A stretch of 64,000 nucleotides of DNA from contig JBHLRS010000010.1 in assembly GCA_048882325.1 (NCBI GenBank), positions 39,745 to 103,744 on the forward strand, read 5' to 3'. Numbering within the stretch: position 1 is the first letter of the stretch; every line of letters starts with the position of its first letter. Source of the stretch: Candidatus Thorarchaeota archaeon (GTDB lineage Archaea > Asgardarchaeota > Thorarchaeia > Thorarchaeales > Thorarchaeaceae). Shown here piece after piece: positions 10,529-19,790 of the stretch. A program made the translations under genes and the position numbers. Under the pieces are notes generated by a model. That model saw nothing but the letters and a program-made list of their open reading frames with translations. It searched no databases and was not told where the DNA came from.

Positions 10529-11875
10529 ATGCGCGCTACGAAAAGTAAATTCATGACCCTGTGGGTCCTGATTCTTTTAGCAATACCATACATTCTAATT
10601 CCCAATGCCAGTGCTTGGACAGCTGGTGATGAGGCCGCTATTTTTGGTCACACCTTTGAAGAAGAGTACTGGACAAATGATTCGCTCTTTGTTGAAGGCG
10701 CGGAGGGGAATGGAAGTTTAACAACATCATTTGTGAATGTTGGTGATTTTGAAGCATTTTTGATTGCATTCAATGAGTTCAATCATACTAATGGTCAACA
10801 ACTGATTGTACCATATCAGCTGTTTGGAATGCACTTCATCACACCTGGAAATCAAGAGGTCTTTATTGGTGCAATCTTTGCATTCTTATTGGTGCATAAT
10901 GAAACCTATGGGGACAATCAGCTACCAGACATCGGTGCTACCAAGGATGACGCTTGGTATGTCGTGCCGATAGCTAATGCAACTACATGGCCTGAATATA
11001 CTCCGTCTGTTGAACCCATTCCTGCCACAAAGCTTGGTGATAATCATTACCGAATGGGAATGCACTACTATAACCTGACTTGTAGGATTGTATCTGCAAC
11101 GGGAGGTTTCTGGCTCTCTCTAGCTTTTCCGATTCTTGAGGTTGTCATCAGTGAACTCACTATCGAATATGACATCCTAATTGATGAGAGTGGAGAGGTA
11201 CATTCTGAAACTCTGTATACTATAGGTCAGGTCAAAGAACTCAACTTATTGGGCTTTGAACAGAATCCCAGTGATATCATCACTGATAATATGGAGGTTT
11301 CTGCAGTTCACTTCTTGTCCATCTTTGCAAGTGAATACTCAGTAGTTGGTACAACCAGTGGTAACACTATCGTATCCCCGACAGATACTACCCCAATGGA
11401 TGAAGATGTAACAATTGAAGTTGGTGCATCTGGTGAACGCGCCTTCGATATAGGATTTGGTCGTTCATATGATCTCATCAATGAAACGACCGATACTGTG
11501 GAAAGCAGTGGTCTGACTGCCATTAACACGCTGCTTGGTGTTAGGCTTAGTGACCTTATCCTTATCCTGTGGCAGGCACCGTTATCTGCATGGCTCTTTG
11601 CACACATGGCTTATGGTCTATCAGCCCAGCTACAGAATACGTATGCGACAGTAGGTGGTATGATCGCCAATGTCAATACAGCCTTCACCAACACAAACTG
11701 GTGGTATGGTGTCACATTCCCAACTTGGAACGGACTTCGAGTTGAACAGGATCCAGTATATGTTGCCTACACCAACTTAGGTACAGAACCAGCCACTGGT
11801 GGTGGTCTAGGTGCGATCATCTTGATTGTTGGTGTTGTCGCTGTCATCTATATACTAGTCCGACGACGACGCTGA
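10529..11875 (+). CDS. Secreted surface (S-layer-like) protein with C-terminal TM anchor
   Basis: Signal peptide, acidic body with sequons, QDP motif, then TM helix and RRRR. Confidence 0.75.
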   Translation: MRATKSKFMTLWVLILLAIPYILIPNASAWTAGDEAAIFGHTFEEEYWTNDSLFVEGAEGNGSLTTSFVNVGDFEAFLIAFNEFNHTNGQQLIVPYQLFGMHFITPGNQEVFIGAIFAFLLVHNETYGDNQLPDIGATKDDAWYVVPIANATTWPEYTPSVEPIPATKLGDNHYRMGMHYYNLTCRIVSATGGFWLSLAFPILEVVISELTIEYDILIDESGEVHSETLYTIGQVKELNLLGFEQNPSDIITDNMEVSAVHFLSIFASEYSVVGTTSGNTIVSPTDTTPMDEDVTIEVGASGERAFDIGFGRSYDLINETTDTVESSGLTAINTLLGVRLSDLILILWQAPLSAWLFAHMAYGLSAQLQNTYATVGGMIANVNTAFTNTNWWYGVTFPTWNGLRVEQDPVYVAYTNLGTEPATGGGLGAIILIVGVVAVIYILVRRRR

Positions 11876-11888
11876 TAATTCTGAATAA

Positions 11889-11934
11889 TCCCTGGGTTCC
11901 GAGTTGGAACTCCAGGGACCACTCTTTCTTTTTT
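11889..11934 (+). terminator. Hairpin plus T-tract terminator
   Basis: TCCCTGGGTTCC-GAGTT-GGAACTCCAGGGA, then TCTTTCTTTTTT. Confidence 0.7.
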
Positions 11935-11986
11935 AATATCGGGCAATTTAAGAGATGTTTGGAAGACATAGCTCTTAGAGGACCTG

Positions 11987-13504
11987 ATGGTGTTATATGA
12001 GAGAATCTGCAGATTCAGTGAACGAGTCGCAGGAGGTTCAAGCCGAAGGAGAGATGACAAGGAACTTCAACGTGCAGTGAAATTCCTCTCTCCACTCATG
12101 GAAATAACTGTCAAAGGCGTTGGTGCAGCTGCCAACCTTTTGTCAGTCCTTGTACTCCTTCTTCTGTTCTCTCTACTCTCATTCCTCCAGCTCAGTCTCC
12201 TCATCGTTGCTCCGCTCGCAGGAATGGCTGCTGTTGTGACATACTATATCATCGTGACATATCCTGTTTCAATGATGAACAGTTACAAGCTAGGTCTCTC
12301 AGAAGAAGCTGATCTAGTCTTCGAGCAGTTCATTCTCGTTTTCCAGTCTGGAGGTACGATCTTTGACGCAATTGAGATGGTGGCGCAGTCCGATCACCCC
12401 TATCTCTCAAGTGCATTCCAGCAGATGATTAGCCAGATAAACGAAGGTACACCCCCAGAGACCTGCTTGATGGAGTTCGCCAAAGACCAACCCTCCGATG
12501 ATCTTCGGAGGTATTTCACTGCAATAGTTTCATCGCTAGAAAAGAAGACTGACCTACTTGAAACACTCTCAGGAGAGTCATTTGAAGCAGACCTAGCTCT
12601 TCGACAGAAGAACTTGGAGTTAGAAAGTCGATTGTTGATTGTGGCTGCACTAGTTACCTATGTCCCAATCATGTTCACTTTAGCAATCTCACTTGCAGGT
12701 TTTGCCACGAGTTTCCTTGTGCTACTAGTCGCTCCTGTTTTCATATTGATGAACGCTTTGCTAAAGAGTCGTTTCTCTAGACAGTTTTCAGCTTATTTTG
12801 ACCGTCCAAGAGAGTCGTCAATTGTTGCCCCTACACAGAATCAAATCATCGCCGAGTATGATGCATTTCTCAACTTCCTTATCCTATTAGGTGAACGACT
12901 GAGGTCTGGGGATACTCTTGAAATTTCATTGGACTCAATACGGGATGACTTAGAGATTGAAGTCCAGAAACTTGTTGATATTGCAATAGATACTGTTTAC
13001 ATCGAGGATGCGAGTATTGAAGAGGGTATGGCTCGAGCTTCTGAAGCAGCATTAGGACAAAGAGTTTCCCAGATGTTCAATATGGTGGCAGTGATGTGCG
13101 AAACCTCTGCTCACTCCGCTGGTGACAGGATCTCAAAAATTGCTACACGCCTTGTTAAACGATCAGCAGTTGCAAAAGAACGGGACTCTATCATTGCGGC
13201 ACAGAGAATGAAGGTCTATCTGCTTACAATCACAAGTGCTGCAGTGCTAGGTATGCTTGCTTCGCTCTCACCATTCCTTTTCATTAGTTCTTTACTTTCC
13301 CAAGGTCCAACATGGACACCAGGAAGCATTACTACACTTGACATCCTGCCTTTGTTATTGACCCTAGGAGTCACAACGCTTTCAACCGGATATCAGAATA
13401 CGCGTATGGTAGGCGGGACTCGACCGGTAGTAATCGGGCTGGTCTGTGGTCTCTTGTTTTGGATATCATTTACACTATCATCGTTAATGATGGTTCTGGG
13501 ATGA
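11987..13504 (+). CDS. Type II secretion F / TadC / ArlJ-like membrane platform protein
   Basis: Two T2SSF-like soluble domains (QSGGTIFDAIEMVA; RSGDTLEISL) separated by TM bundles. Confidence 0.75.
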   Translation: MVLYERICRFSERVAGGSSRRRDDKELQRAVKFLSPLMEITVKGVGAAANLLSVLVLLLLFSLLSFLQLSLLIVAPLAGMAAVVTYYIIVTYPVSMMNSYKLGLSEEADLVFEQFILVFQSGGTIFDAIEMVAQSDHPYLSSAFQQMISQINEGTPPETCLMEFAKDQPSDDLRRYFTAIVSSLEKKTDLLETLSGESFEADLALRQKNLELESRLLIVAALVTYVPIMFTLAISLAGFATSFLVLLVAPVFILMNALLKSRFSRQFSAYFDRPRESSIVAPTQNQIIAEYDAFLNFLILLGERLRSGDTLEISLDSIRDDLEIEVQKLVDIAIDTVYIEDASIEEGMARASEAALGQRVSQMFNMVAVMCETSAHSAGDRISKIATRLVKRSAVAKERDSIIAAQRMKVYLLTITSAAVLGMLASLSPFLFISSLLSQGPTWTPGSITTLDILPLLLTLGVTTLSTGYQNTRMVGGTRPVVIGLVCGLLFWISFTLSSLMMVLG

Positions 13505-13565
13505 TGTAAGAATCATTTATTTACGCAGGTGCTTATTGCGGATGTAGTTAGGATGAGGTGTAACA

Positions 13566-14237
13566 ATGCTACAAATCCCATTTTTCGGTTGGACTTTAGC
13601 AGAGATCATGGCGTTCTTCATGGACGAATGGATTATCGCATGGGTGTTGATTCTCTCAGGCGGTCTTCTCGCAGTCTGGCTATTGGAAAACATCACTGAT
13701 CCAATCCCATTATTAGGCACAATATTCGACGGACTTGTCGCAGTTGGAACCTACATTGGCTTCTTTGTTGGAATCCTCGACATATTCGTTGGATATGTGG
13801 TTTGGACAACTCAGCCTGATGCAATTATTGTATCAGGAATGCTTGTCCTGATGGGATTCTGTCTGGTCATGAGGATATTATCGAAGTTCCCACTAGCCTT
13901 GGTGTTTGCCTTGGCTATTGCAGTTTTCGTTACAGCGACAATGTATGGCTTCGTACAACCATTGACAAACAATGCAACCTTAATGGCCATACCAGGTGTT
14001 GCTAATGCAGTCAATTTCCTGATCTCGGGAACAGGGCTCTTGGTATTTGGTTTCATTATATTCTGTGTTGCATATGTGATTGGCGGATTGATAATCAAAC
14101 TGATACAGCTAATAGGAAAGATATTCGCATCACGTCCAGTGAGTGTTCTCGTTGGTATCGCTGCGATAGGTGTAGGTGTGATTATAATCCTCAATCCGAC
14201 TCTGCTTGGACTCATAATTCCTTGGCCAGCTCCGTAA
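13566..14237 (+). CDS. Polytopic membrane protein of unknown function
   Basis: About six hydrophobic segments. Confidence 0.7.
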   Translation: MLQIPFFGWTLAEIMAFFMDEWIIAWVLILSGGLLAVWLLENITDPIPLLGTIFDGLVAVGTYIGFFVGILDIFVGYVVWTTQPDAIIVSGMLVLMGFCLVMRILSKFPLALVFALAIAVFVTATMYGFVQPLTNNATLMAIPGVANAVNFLISGTGLLVFGFIIFCVAYVIGGLIIKLIQLIGKIFASRPVSVLVGIAAIGVGVIIILNPTLLGLIIPWPAP

Positions 14238-14240
14238 TTT

Positions 14241-14274
14241 AGAGGGGTGCTTCACCCCTCTTTTTCTGTTTTTT
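14241..14274 (+). terminator. Hairpin plus T-tract terminator
   Basis: AGAGGGGTG-CTT-CACCCCTCT, then TTTTCTGTTTTTT. Confidence 0.75.
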
Positions 14275-14278
14275 CAGG

Positions 14279-14539
14279 TCACTTTGGTTTTCGTATCTCA
14301 CGGAAGTAGAGGAATTTGAGGTCCCTATCTTGGTAAAACTTTGCAGCGGCATCAATCGCTTTCTTTGCCGCAACTATACCATCGTGCCACTCTGAAACAT
14401 AGAATTTTTTGTCAGGGTCATGTTGAGCATCAGCTAGAGTAAAACCATCAGGAAGGTCAAACTCTTCAGGCGCAAGTAGTGCAACCCGAAATTTCGACAG
14501 ACCACCCTCAGACTCCAGCCAGAGTTCACAGTATGTCAT
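14279..14539 (-). CDS. Small hypothetical protein
   Basis: 86-aa ORF with natural composition, converging on the terminator. Confidence 0.6.
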   Translation of the reverse strand: MTYCELWLESEGGLSKFRVALLAPEEFDLPDGFTLADAQHDPDKKFYVSEWHDGIVAAKKAIDAAAKFYQDRDLKFLYFREIRKPK

Positions 14540-14725
14540 AGATAATCCAGTGGGTTCTGTATCTGATGCCGATTAAGGTTTCTAGTAGACATACACTGAA
14601 CCAAAGTTTGCCCAAAGAATTCAAATAGATGCTTGTATGCATATCATTTAGGTCTTCGTAGACCTGAATAGAATCTATGAGGATATGAAGACCTGAACGA
14701 GAGAAACTGCGGAGAAGAAGCGGGT

Positions 14726-15361
14726 ATGTCGTTGAGAATAGAAGAGTCGATTTTGCTAAAGGAGAAGGCTGAGTTAGAAGCAAAAGCTAGCCCTAGTCAG
14801 GCTGACAAAAAAAGACTCGAAGATATAAAGGAACTCCTCAAAAAGAAAATCATCAGTGTAACGATGAGTCAGTCATTAGTCAATAGAATAGATGATCTTG
14901 TCCAAGAACGTGTAGGTCGTTCTCGAGCCCAATTAATTGAGGATTCAGTCAGATGGTTCCTAGACTTCACTGTCCATAAGTGGAATGAACGTGGTGTTTA
15001 TGTTAACTCCTCAAGAGCAGTCTTCGAATCAGAATCTATGTCCTCCCTTTTCTTCTCAAAACTCACACCGACTGATCAGTATGAGCTGGGTGAAACCGCG
15101 GGTAGCCAGTCCCCAATTGCAGATGTCGTTCGGCTTTTCCATGGCGGTGACCCAACGGATGAAGACAGTCGTGACTTGGTTCTCGGGCTTCTTCAGGACA
15201 ATGGATGGGGCTCAATATCTTATGACAAGGGATTGATCGTTCTTGGCAGTCCATTCTATCCCGGTCCATTCATCCGTGGATATCTAGAATCCCTTCTCAA
15301 CGTGAAACTTGAAGTTGTTGAAACCACTTCTAAGGAAAATGTAGCTCTAAGAGTCAAATGA
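14726..15361 (+). CDS. Ribbon-helix-helix (CopG-type) regulator with C-terminal V4R-like domain
   Basis: ISVTMSQSLVNRIDDLV...SRAQLIEDSV RHH; YELGETAG, GWGSI and FIRGYLESLL resemble V4R. Confidence 0.7.
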   Translation: MSLRIEESILLKEKAELEAKASPSQADKKRLEDIKELLKKKIISVTMSQSLVNRIDDLVQERVGRSRAQLIEDSVRWFLDFTVHKWNERGVYVNSSRAVFESESMSSLFFSKLTPTDQYELGETAGSQSPIADVVRLFHGGDPTDEDSRDLVLGLLQDNGWGSISYDKGLIVLGSPFYPGPFIRGYLESLLNVKLEVVETTSKENVALRVK

Positions 15362-15410
15362 GTCTAGAAACATCTAACTGTATCAAAACTCGTTGAAGAG
15401 AGAAGATGTT

Positions 15411-15836
15411 CTACCATTCCTGACCGATTTCGAGTATCTCAAATTCGCTCTCGTAAAGTCCCGGGATACTTTCGATGGTGGATCTAATAGTTGCTTGTTT
15501 ATCCTTGATATTATCTGCTGAGAAATAAACTTCATAGATGCATCTGTTCTGTTCGAAACAGAACCCTGTAGTGAAAAGGACTTTGAGGTCATGTTGTTTG
15601 AATAGTTGAGTCATGGTTTGCATGAGCGCAGGATTAACCTTCTCGACCTCCAACCTAACTCGAGCTCCGCCCTCCTTCATCATCGGGATAAGGCGAATCT
15701 CCCCTGACCTCTCGAAGTAGATAACCATCGCAGCCTTCATGTCCTTCAACTCAGCGTTCTTGAAGAAATCATCTGGAAGGCTAATCTCCTTCTTCTTATG
15801 AACGTCAGCTATCATTCCCTTTGTAATACCGGCCAA
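15411..15836 (-). CDS. AbrB-like plus ACT-domain regulator
   Basis: VHKKKEISLPDDF N-terminus; C-terminal beta-alpha-beta ACT pattern; TTG start after GAGG. Confidence 0.55.
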   Translation of the reverse strand: MAGITKGMIADVHKKKEISLPDDFFKNAELKDMKAAMVIYFERSGEIRLIPMMKEGGARVRLEVEKVNPALMQTMTQLFKQHDLKVLFTTGFCFEQNRCIYEVYFSADNIKDKQATIRSTIESIPGLYESEFEILEIGQEW

Positions 15837-16007
15837 ACAAATCGCCTCTTACCTGTCCTTGTGGTTGAAGGTCATTACAGTATTTGAGTCTTTAGCGAAT
15901 GTCGCTAAAGAGCAATCTCGTAAAAGCGTACTATATATAAAATATCAAAAACTCATGGACTGCATTGGAGAACAGACTCCAAACCTAAAACTAGGAGGAA
16001 CTCATGA

Positions 16008-16130
16008 ATGGCAAAAGAAGGCGGAATCTATGTCTGTGATGTCTGTCAGCAAGTTATTGAAGTCAAGAAATCTGGAGTAGGTACTCTTGTTTGTTGTAAC
16101 CAACCAATGAGATTATACGAAGGAGATTGA
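16008..16130 (+). CDS. Desulforedoxin (stand-alone FeS4 Dx domain), 40 aa, not in the ORF track
   Basis: MAKEGGIYVCDVCQQVIEVKKSGVGTLVCCNQPMRLYEGD with CxxC...CC signature; GGAGGA SD at 15994. Confidence 0.88.
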   Translation: MAKEGGIYVCDVCQQVIEVKKSGVGTLVCCNQPMRLYEGD

Positions 16131-16208
16131 CCTTCCCAAATTTCACACTTGACAATGTTTATATCTACCCTAGCGGGGCGGAGCCAACACTTCTTGGGGT
16201 GTGTGAAC

Positions 16209-16766
16209 ATGATTGAAATACCCAGTGCTGTAATTCGAACTAGAGGTCTTCTTAACTTACGAGCATATTCTGTGAATGAAGTTCTGGAATATGACGATAG
16301 ATATGTGATGTATCCTACGAGGGACATCCTTGGTGAAATCAGCAAGTACGTTGTTTGGATACTCAAAGAACAGAAGGTTATCGGAGTTGCATATGTGAAG
16401 GATCTCGCTCGTGAGATCGAAGAAACAGAATCCCGAGGTGGAATGCTCGTTGGTGGAGAGCGTTTCACACCTGCAGCTAAGAAGATAGCAAAGATTTCAC
16501 GTGTTGAGCTTGTTGACGGTGGTTATGCATCATTCGACCTCTTTCAACATGAACTGGTTCCTACACACATCATCGCGGCTGAAGATGAGATTCAACTAGT
16601 TCTTGACCATTATGGGATTGAGAAAAGCAAACTGCCTCGAATTTTCAGGGATGATCCTGCTGTCAAAGTTTTAGGCGCACGACTTGGACAAGTTATCCGG
16701 ATCGAGCGTGATAGTCCAACAGCTGGAAAAACTTACTACTATCGGTTGGTTGTAGACTCAAACTAA
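16209..16766 (+). CDS. rpoH: RNA polymerase subunit Rpo5/Rpb5 with N-terminal jaw domain, copy 1
   Basis: HELVPTH, LPRI..DDP and SPTAG..YYYRLV assembly domain plus about 105-aa N-terminal domain. Confidence 0.9.
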   Translation: MIEIPSAVIRTRGLLNLRAYSVNEVLEYDDRYVMYPTRDILGEISKYVVWILKEQKVIGVAYVKDLAREIEETESRGGMLVGGERFTPAAKKIAKISRVELVDGGYASFDLFQHELVPTHIIAAEDEIQLVLDHYGIEKSKLPRIFRDDPAVKVLGARLGQVIRIERDSPTAGKTYYYRLVVDSN

Positions 16767-16840
16767 GCTAAAATTCCTTTTCAAAATCATTGATTTAACA
16801 ATGTTTATATCAATGGCTTTGAATCGAGTCGTTATCACGG

Positions 16841-17416
16841 GTGTTTTCTATCTTGTCAGAGCTACCTGAAATTCCAGCTATTGTACTTAAGACTCGGGCA
16901 TTACTTGCTCTTCGAGGATTTACTGTTGACGAACTTCTCGAGTATGATGATAGGTATGTCCTCCATCCTACCCGAGATTCTGAAAAAGGATTACTCAAAT
17001 ATGTTGTATGGATTCTGAAGGAGGAGAAGGTTGTGGGGGTAGCTGTAGTCAGAGAACTCGTAAAAGAGATGGAAGAAACAGAGTCTCAGCGAGGTATGCT
17101 CGTGGGTGGAGTTCGTTTCACTCCTGCATCGAGTAAATATGCGAGGGTATCTCGTGTTGAACTTGTAGAAGGTCATTACGCTTCCTTTGATCTGTTTGGT
17201 CATGAGATGGTCCCAACTCATGTAATAGCTGAGGAACCAGAGATTCAACTTGTTCTTGAGCACTATGGAATAAATAAGACACATCTTCCGCGAATCCAAA
17301 GCAGAGACCCTGCGGCACGTGTTCTTGGAGCTAGACCAGGTCAGGTAGTAAGAGTTGAACGTTCGAGCCCAACTGCAGGAATATCATACTATTATCGTCT
17401 AGTTGTCGACTCCTAG
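16841..17416 (+). CDS. rpoH: RNA polymerase subunit Rpo5/Rpb5 with N-terminal jaw domain, copy 2
   Basis: HEMVPTH, LPRIQSRDP, SPTAG..YYYRLV; clear paralog of the upstream gene. Start may be TTG 16853. Confidence 0.9.
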   Translation: MFSILSELPEIPAIVLKTRALLALRGFTVDELLEYDDRYVLHPTRDSEKGLLKYVVWILKEEKVVGVAVVRELVKEMEETESQRGMLVGGVRFTPASSKYARVSRVELVEGHYASFDLFGHEMVPTHVIAEEPEIQLVLEHYGINKTHLPRIQSRDPAARVLGARPGQVVRVERSSPTAGISYYYRLVVDS

Positions 17417-17418
17417 TC

Positions 17419-18195
17419 TTAGAGGACGAACAATCCCAGTCGCATTGCAGCCAGAAACATCACTGCACATGAAATCATTGGCAAGGTCACATTATCTGTT
17501 CCTTTCGGACTCACCAGTTCTACAATTGTTGCAGTTATCGCACCACTAAGTGCTAATACAATCATCTCAAACCATAGAATTCTTCCACTAGTCACAAACA
17601 CGGGATTCACCAGACTGAAGATACCAAACCACCAGAACGCAAGTAATGCACCTAGAAAACCGAATGTGAACACAGCTAGAGTTCCAGGTATACTTCTGTT
17701 CGAACCAAAAATCACGTGGGTTGAGTTCTTTCCATACTTCATTCCTATGGGAGCACCCATTCCATCACCGAACATCATCATGTGAATGGCTGCTGCTGCT
17801 ACAAAATAGATCTCGTAATACCCAGTGAATGTGAAAATTCCCGTCAGGATTGTTATGGACACTGCATACCAAAATGGCCCTCTCACACTATTATTCTCTA
17901 AGTCCTCAGGGCGAGCCATCGCAGCAAAGAAACCACTGAACCTGTCGGTGTTTGCAAGAGCAAGCATAATTACGAAGGTCAGAGCAACAAGTGTCGCAAC
18001 CCAGGGGTGAGGGTAAAATGGCACAGTCCATATTGCCGCTCCTGCAAACAGGTGCACAATTCGCCGTGTCACCTCTGGGCCCAAATTCCGTTTCTTCCTT
18101 GCAATGTCAGCAACCGTTAGTACAATCACTGCATAGACTACGGCGATGAAGTAGACAATAATGTCACCGAGTACAATTGAGAACTCCACTTGCAT
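17419..18195 (-). CDS. Dolichol/phytol kinase family (CTP-dependent) membrane protein
   Basis: TRRIVH, GDGMGAPIG, RSIPG, VELVSP..DN motifs. Confidence 0.88.
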   Translation of the reverse strand: MQVEFSIVLGDIIVYFIAVVYAVIVLTVADIARKKRNLGPEVTRRIVHLFAGAAIWTVPFYPHPWVATLVALTFVIMLALANTDRFSGFFAAMARPEDLENNSVRGPFWYAVSITILTGIFTFTGYYEIYFVAAAAIHMMMFGDGMGAPIGMKYGKNSTHVIFGSNRSIPGTLAVFTFGFLGALLAFWWFGIFSLVNPVFVTSGRILWFEMIVLALSGAITATIVELVSPKGTDNVTLPMISCAVMFLAAMRLGLFVL

Positions 18196-18257
18196 CCCTG
18201 TTCACTTGAGAGTGGTCGGATGTATACTGATGGATATATCTATCGGCGGAAATCAAG

Positions 18258-19076
18258 CTATTTTTCGACAGCCTTCGAACGAGTTCCTGTTGCTTTTTCA
18301 AGGTCGGAGATGGCATCTTCAACATCTTTCTTTATCCTTTCAGCGTCCAAACCTCTAGCTGAAACCCAGACCTTGATCCCCTTTGATGTGCCATAGGGTT
18401 TTGGTAGCGATTTTATGTATACGGTAGGGATCTTCTTCATTACCGAGTCGATAGCAGGTGCAAAAACTGACTCGTCTTTCATCTCGAATTCAACTATCTG
18501 TTCATAGAATTTCTGAACCACATTTTCTTTAATCCAAGGGACAACAGAGTCATTAAAAATAAATTTCAACTCAGATGGTACACCCGGCAGGCAGAATATT
18601 GTTGTCTTCCGGTCATTAATCCTAACGCCAGGTGCTCCACCCACACGATTGTCTAATGGAATCGCTCCTTCAGGTAATTGAGCCATCTTCTTTCTTGCAT
18701 CAGTGAGATCTGATGTTTTTACAATACCTTTCCCATGAAGGACTTTGTACTGTCGCTCGATAATCTTCAGAGCTTCTTCGTTCTCAACAAGGTTTCTTTT
18801 TAGGGCTACTGCAATTGCTTTCAAGGTCATGTCATCATGGGTTGGACCGAGTCCGCCTGATGTTATGATGATGTCACAATTCTCTCGCACAAACTCCAAT
18901 GCCTTTCCAATTTCCTCGATTTCATCGCGGACGGATACTAATCGTCGAATATCCACGCCTAATGGAACAAGGTTCGTTTCCATCCAATGGCAATTTGTTT
19001 CCAGAACAATCCCATCAAGGAGTTCATTTCCAATCGCAAGGAAACCCACAGTCAAGGATTTCTTATTTGTGACCAT
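18258..19076 (-). CDS. CinA N-terminal / molybdopterin-binding domain protein
   Basis: IGNELLDG, SGGLGPTHDDMT, GGAPG, LPGVPSE. Confidence 0.9.
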   Translation of the reverse strand: MVTNKKSLTVGFLAIGNELLDGIVLETNCHWMETNLVPLGVDIRRLVSVRDEIEEIGKALEFVRENCDIIITSGGLGPTHDDMTLKAIAVALKRNLVENEEALKIIERQYKVLHGKGIVKTSDLTDARKKMAQLPEGAIPLDNRVGGAPGVRINDRKTTIFCLPGVPSELKFIFNDSVVPWIKENVVQKFYEQIVEFEMKDESVFAPAIDSVMKKIPTVYIKSLPKPYGTSKGIKVWVSARGLDAERIKKDVEDAISDLEKATGTRSKAVEK

Positions 19077-19079
19077 GAT

Positions 19080-19745
19080 CTACACATCCTTATTCTCTGG
19101 TTGCAATTCTGCATCGAGGTGTTCGATTAGTGTCTTGAACGTATCAAGACGCTCTGCAGCTATTTTCTTTCCGCGCTTGGTCACCATGCATGCAACAATG
19201 TCAGTGGCTAGAGGGATGAACTCGTGAAGGCTTTCCACTATCTCGCTTATGCTTCTTCCAGGAAATAGCCGGATACCATTCAGTAACCCTTGAGTGAATC
19301 CAATCATTCCAAGCTTCAGCAGCTTGTCCGCTTCCCAAAGAATTTGCGCTTCTATTGGTTCGAGAGGTTCTTTAATTGTTAGACCAACGTGCTTCTCGAT
19401 GACATCAGCTACATGTTCAATCGTATTTTGATTCACCTTTTCAGCACTGAGTATCTCCTTTGCCATCTCTGCACTAGCAACACCATGATGTTCTGCAGGA
19501 ATGCCTCCAATCCCTGGTTTTGCTAAGTCATGCAACCACGCTGCAAGTGTTATAACCTTGAGGTCAGCCTCAGTTCCTGTCGCCAAGACTTTCGCAAGGT
19601 CTACCACCTCATCAATATGGTCCAATCGGTAGTTATAGAGTGGAACTAATTGCTTCTCAGCTGCAGTACTCCACTCTTCCTTAGCCGCTTTTCGTGTTGA
19701 TGTCTCGACAATCTCTCTGAGTTTCTTCTCGATATCAGTAGTCAT
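19080..19745 (-). CDS. HD-domain phosphohydrolase
   Basis: H...AAWLHD...EHHG...H...EADKL. Confidence 0.85.
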   Translation of the reverse strand: MTTDIEKKLREIVETSTRKAAKEEWSTAAEKQLVPLYNYRLDHIDEVVDLAKVLATGTEADLKVITLAAWLHDLAKPGIGGIPAEHHGVASAEMAKEILSAEKVNQNTIEHVADVIEKHVGLTIKEPLEPIEAQILWEADKLLKLGMIGFTQGLLNGIRLFPGRSISEIVESLHEFIPLATDIVACMVTKRGKKIAAERLDTFKTLIEHLDAELQPENKDV

Positions 19746-19790
19746 TTTTGGTCAGCATATGTTCACAGTATTGACCTACTTATCAAAGTA

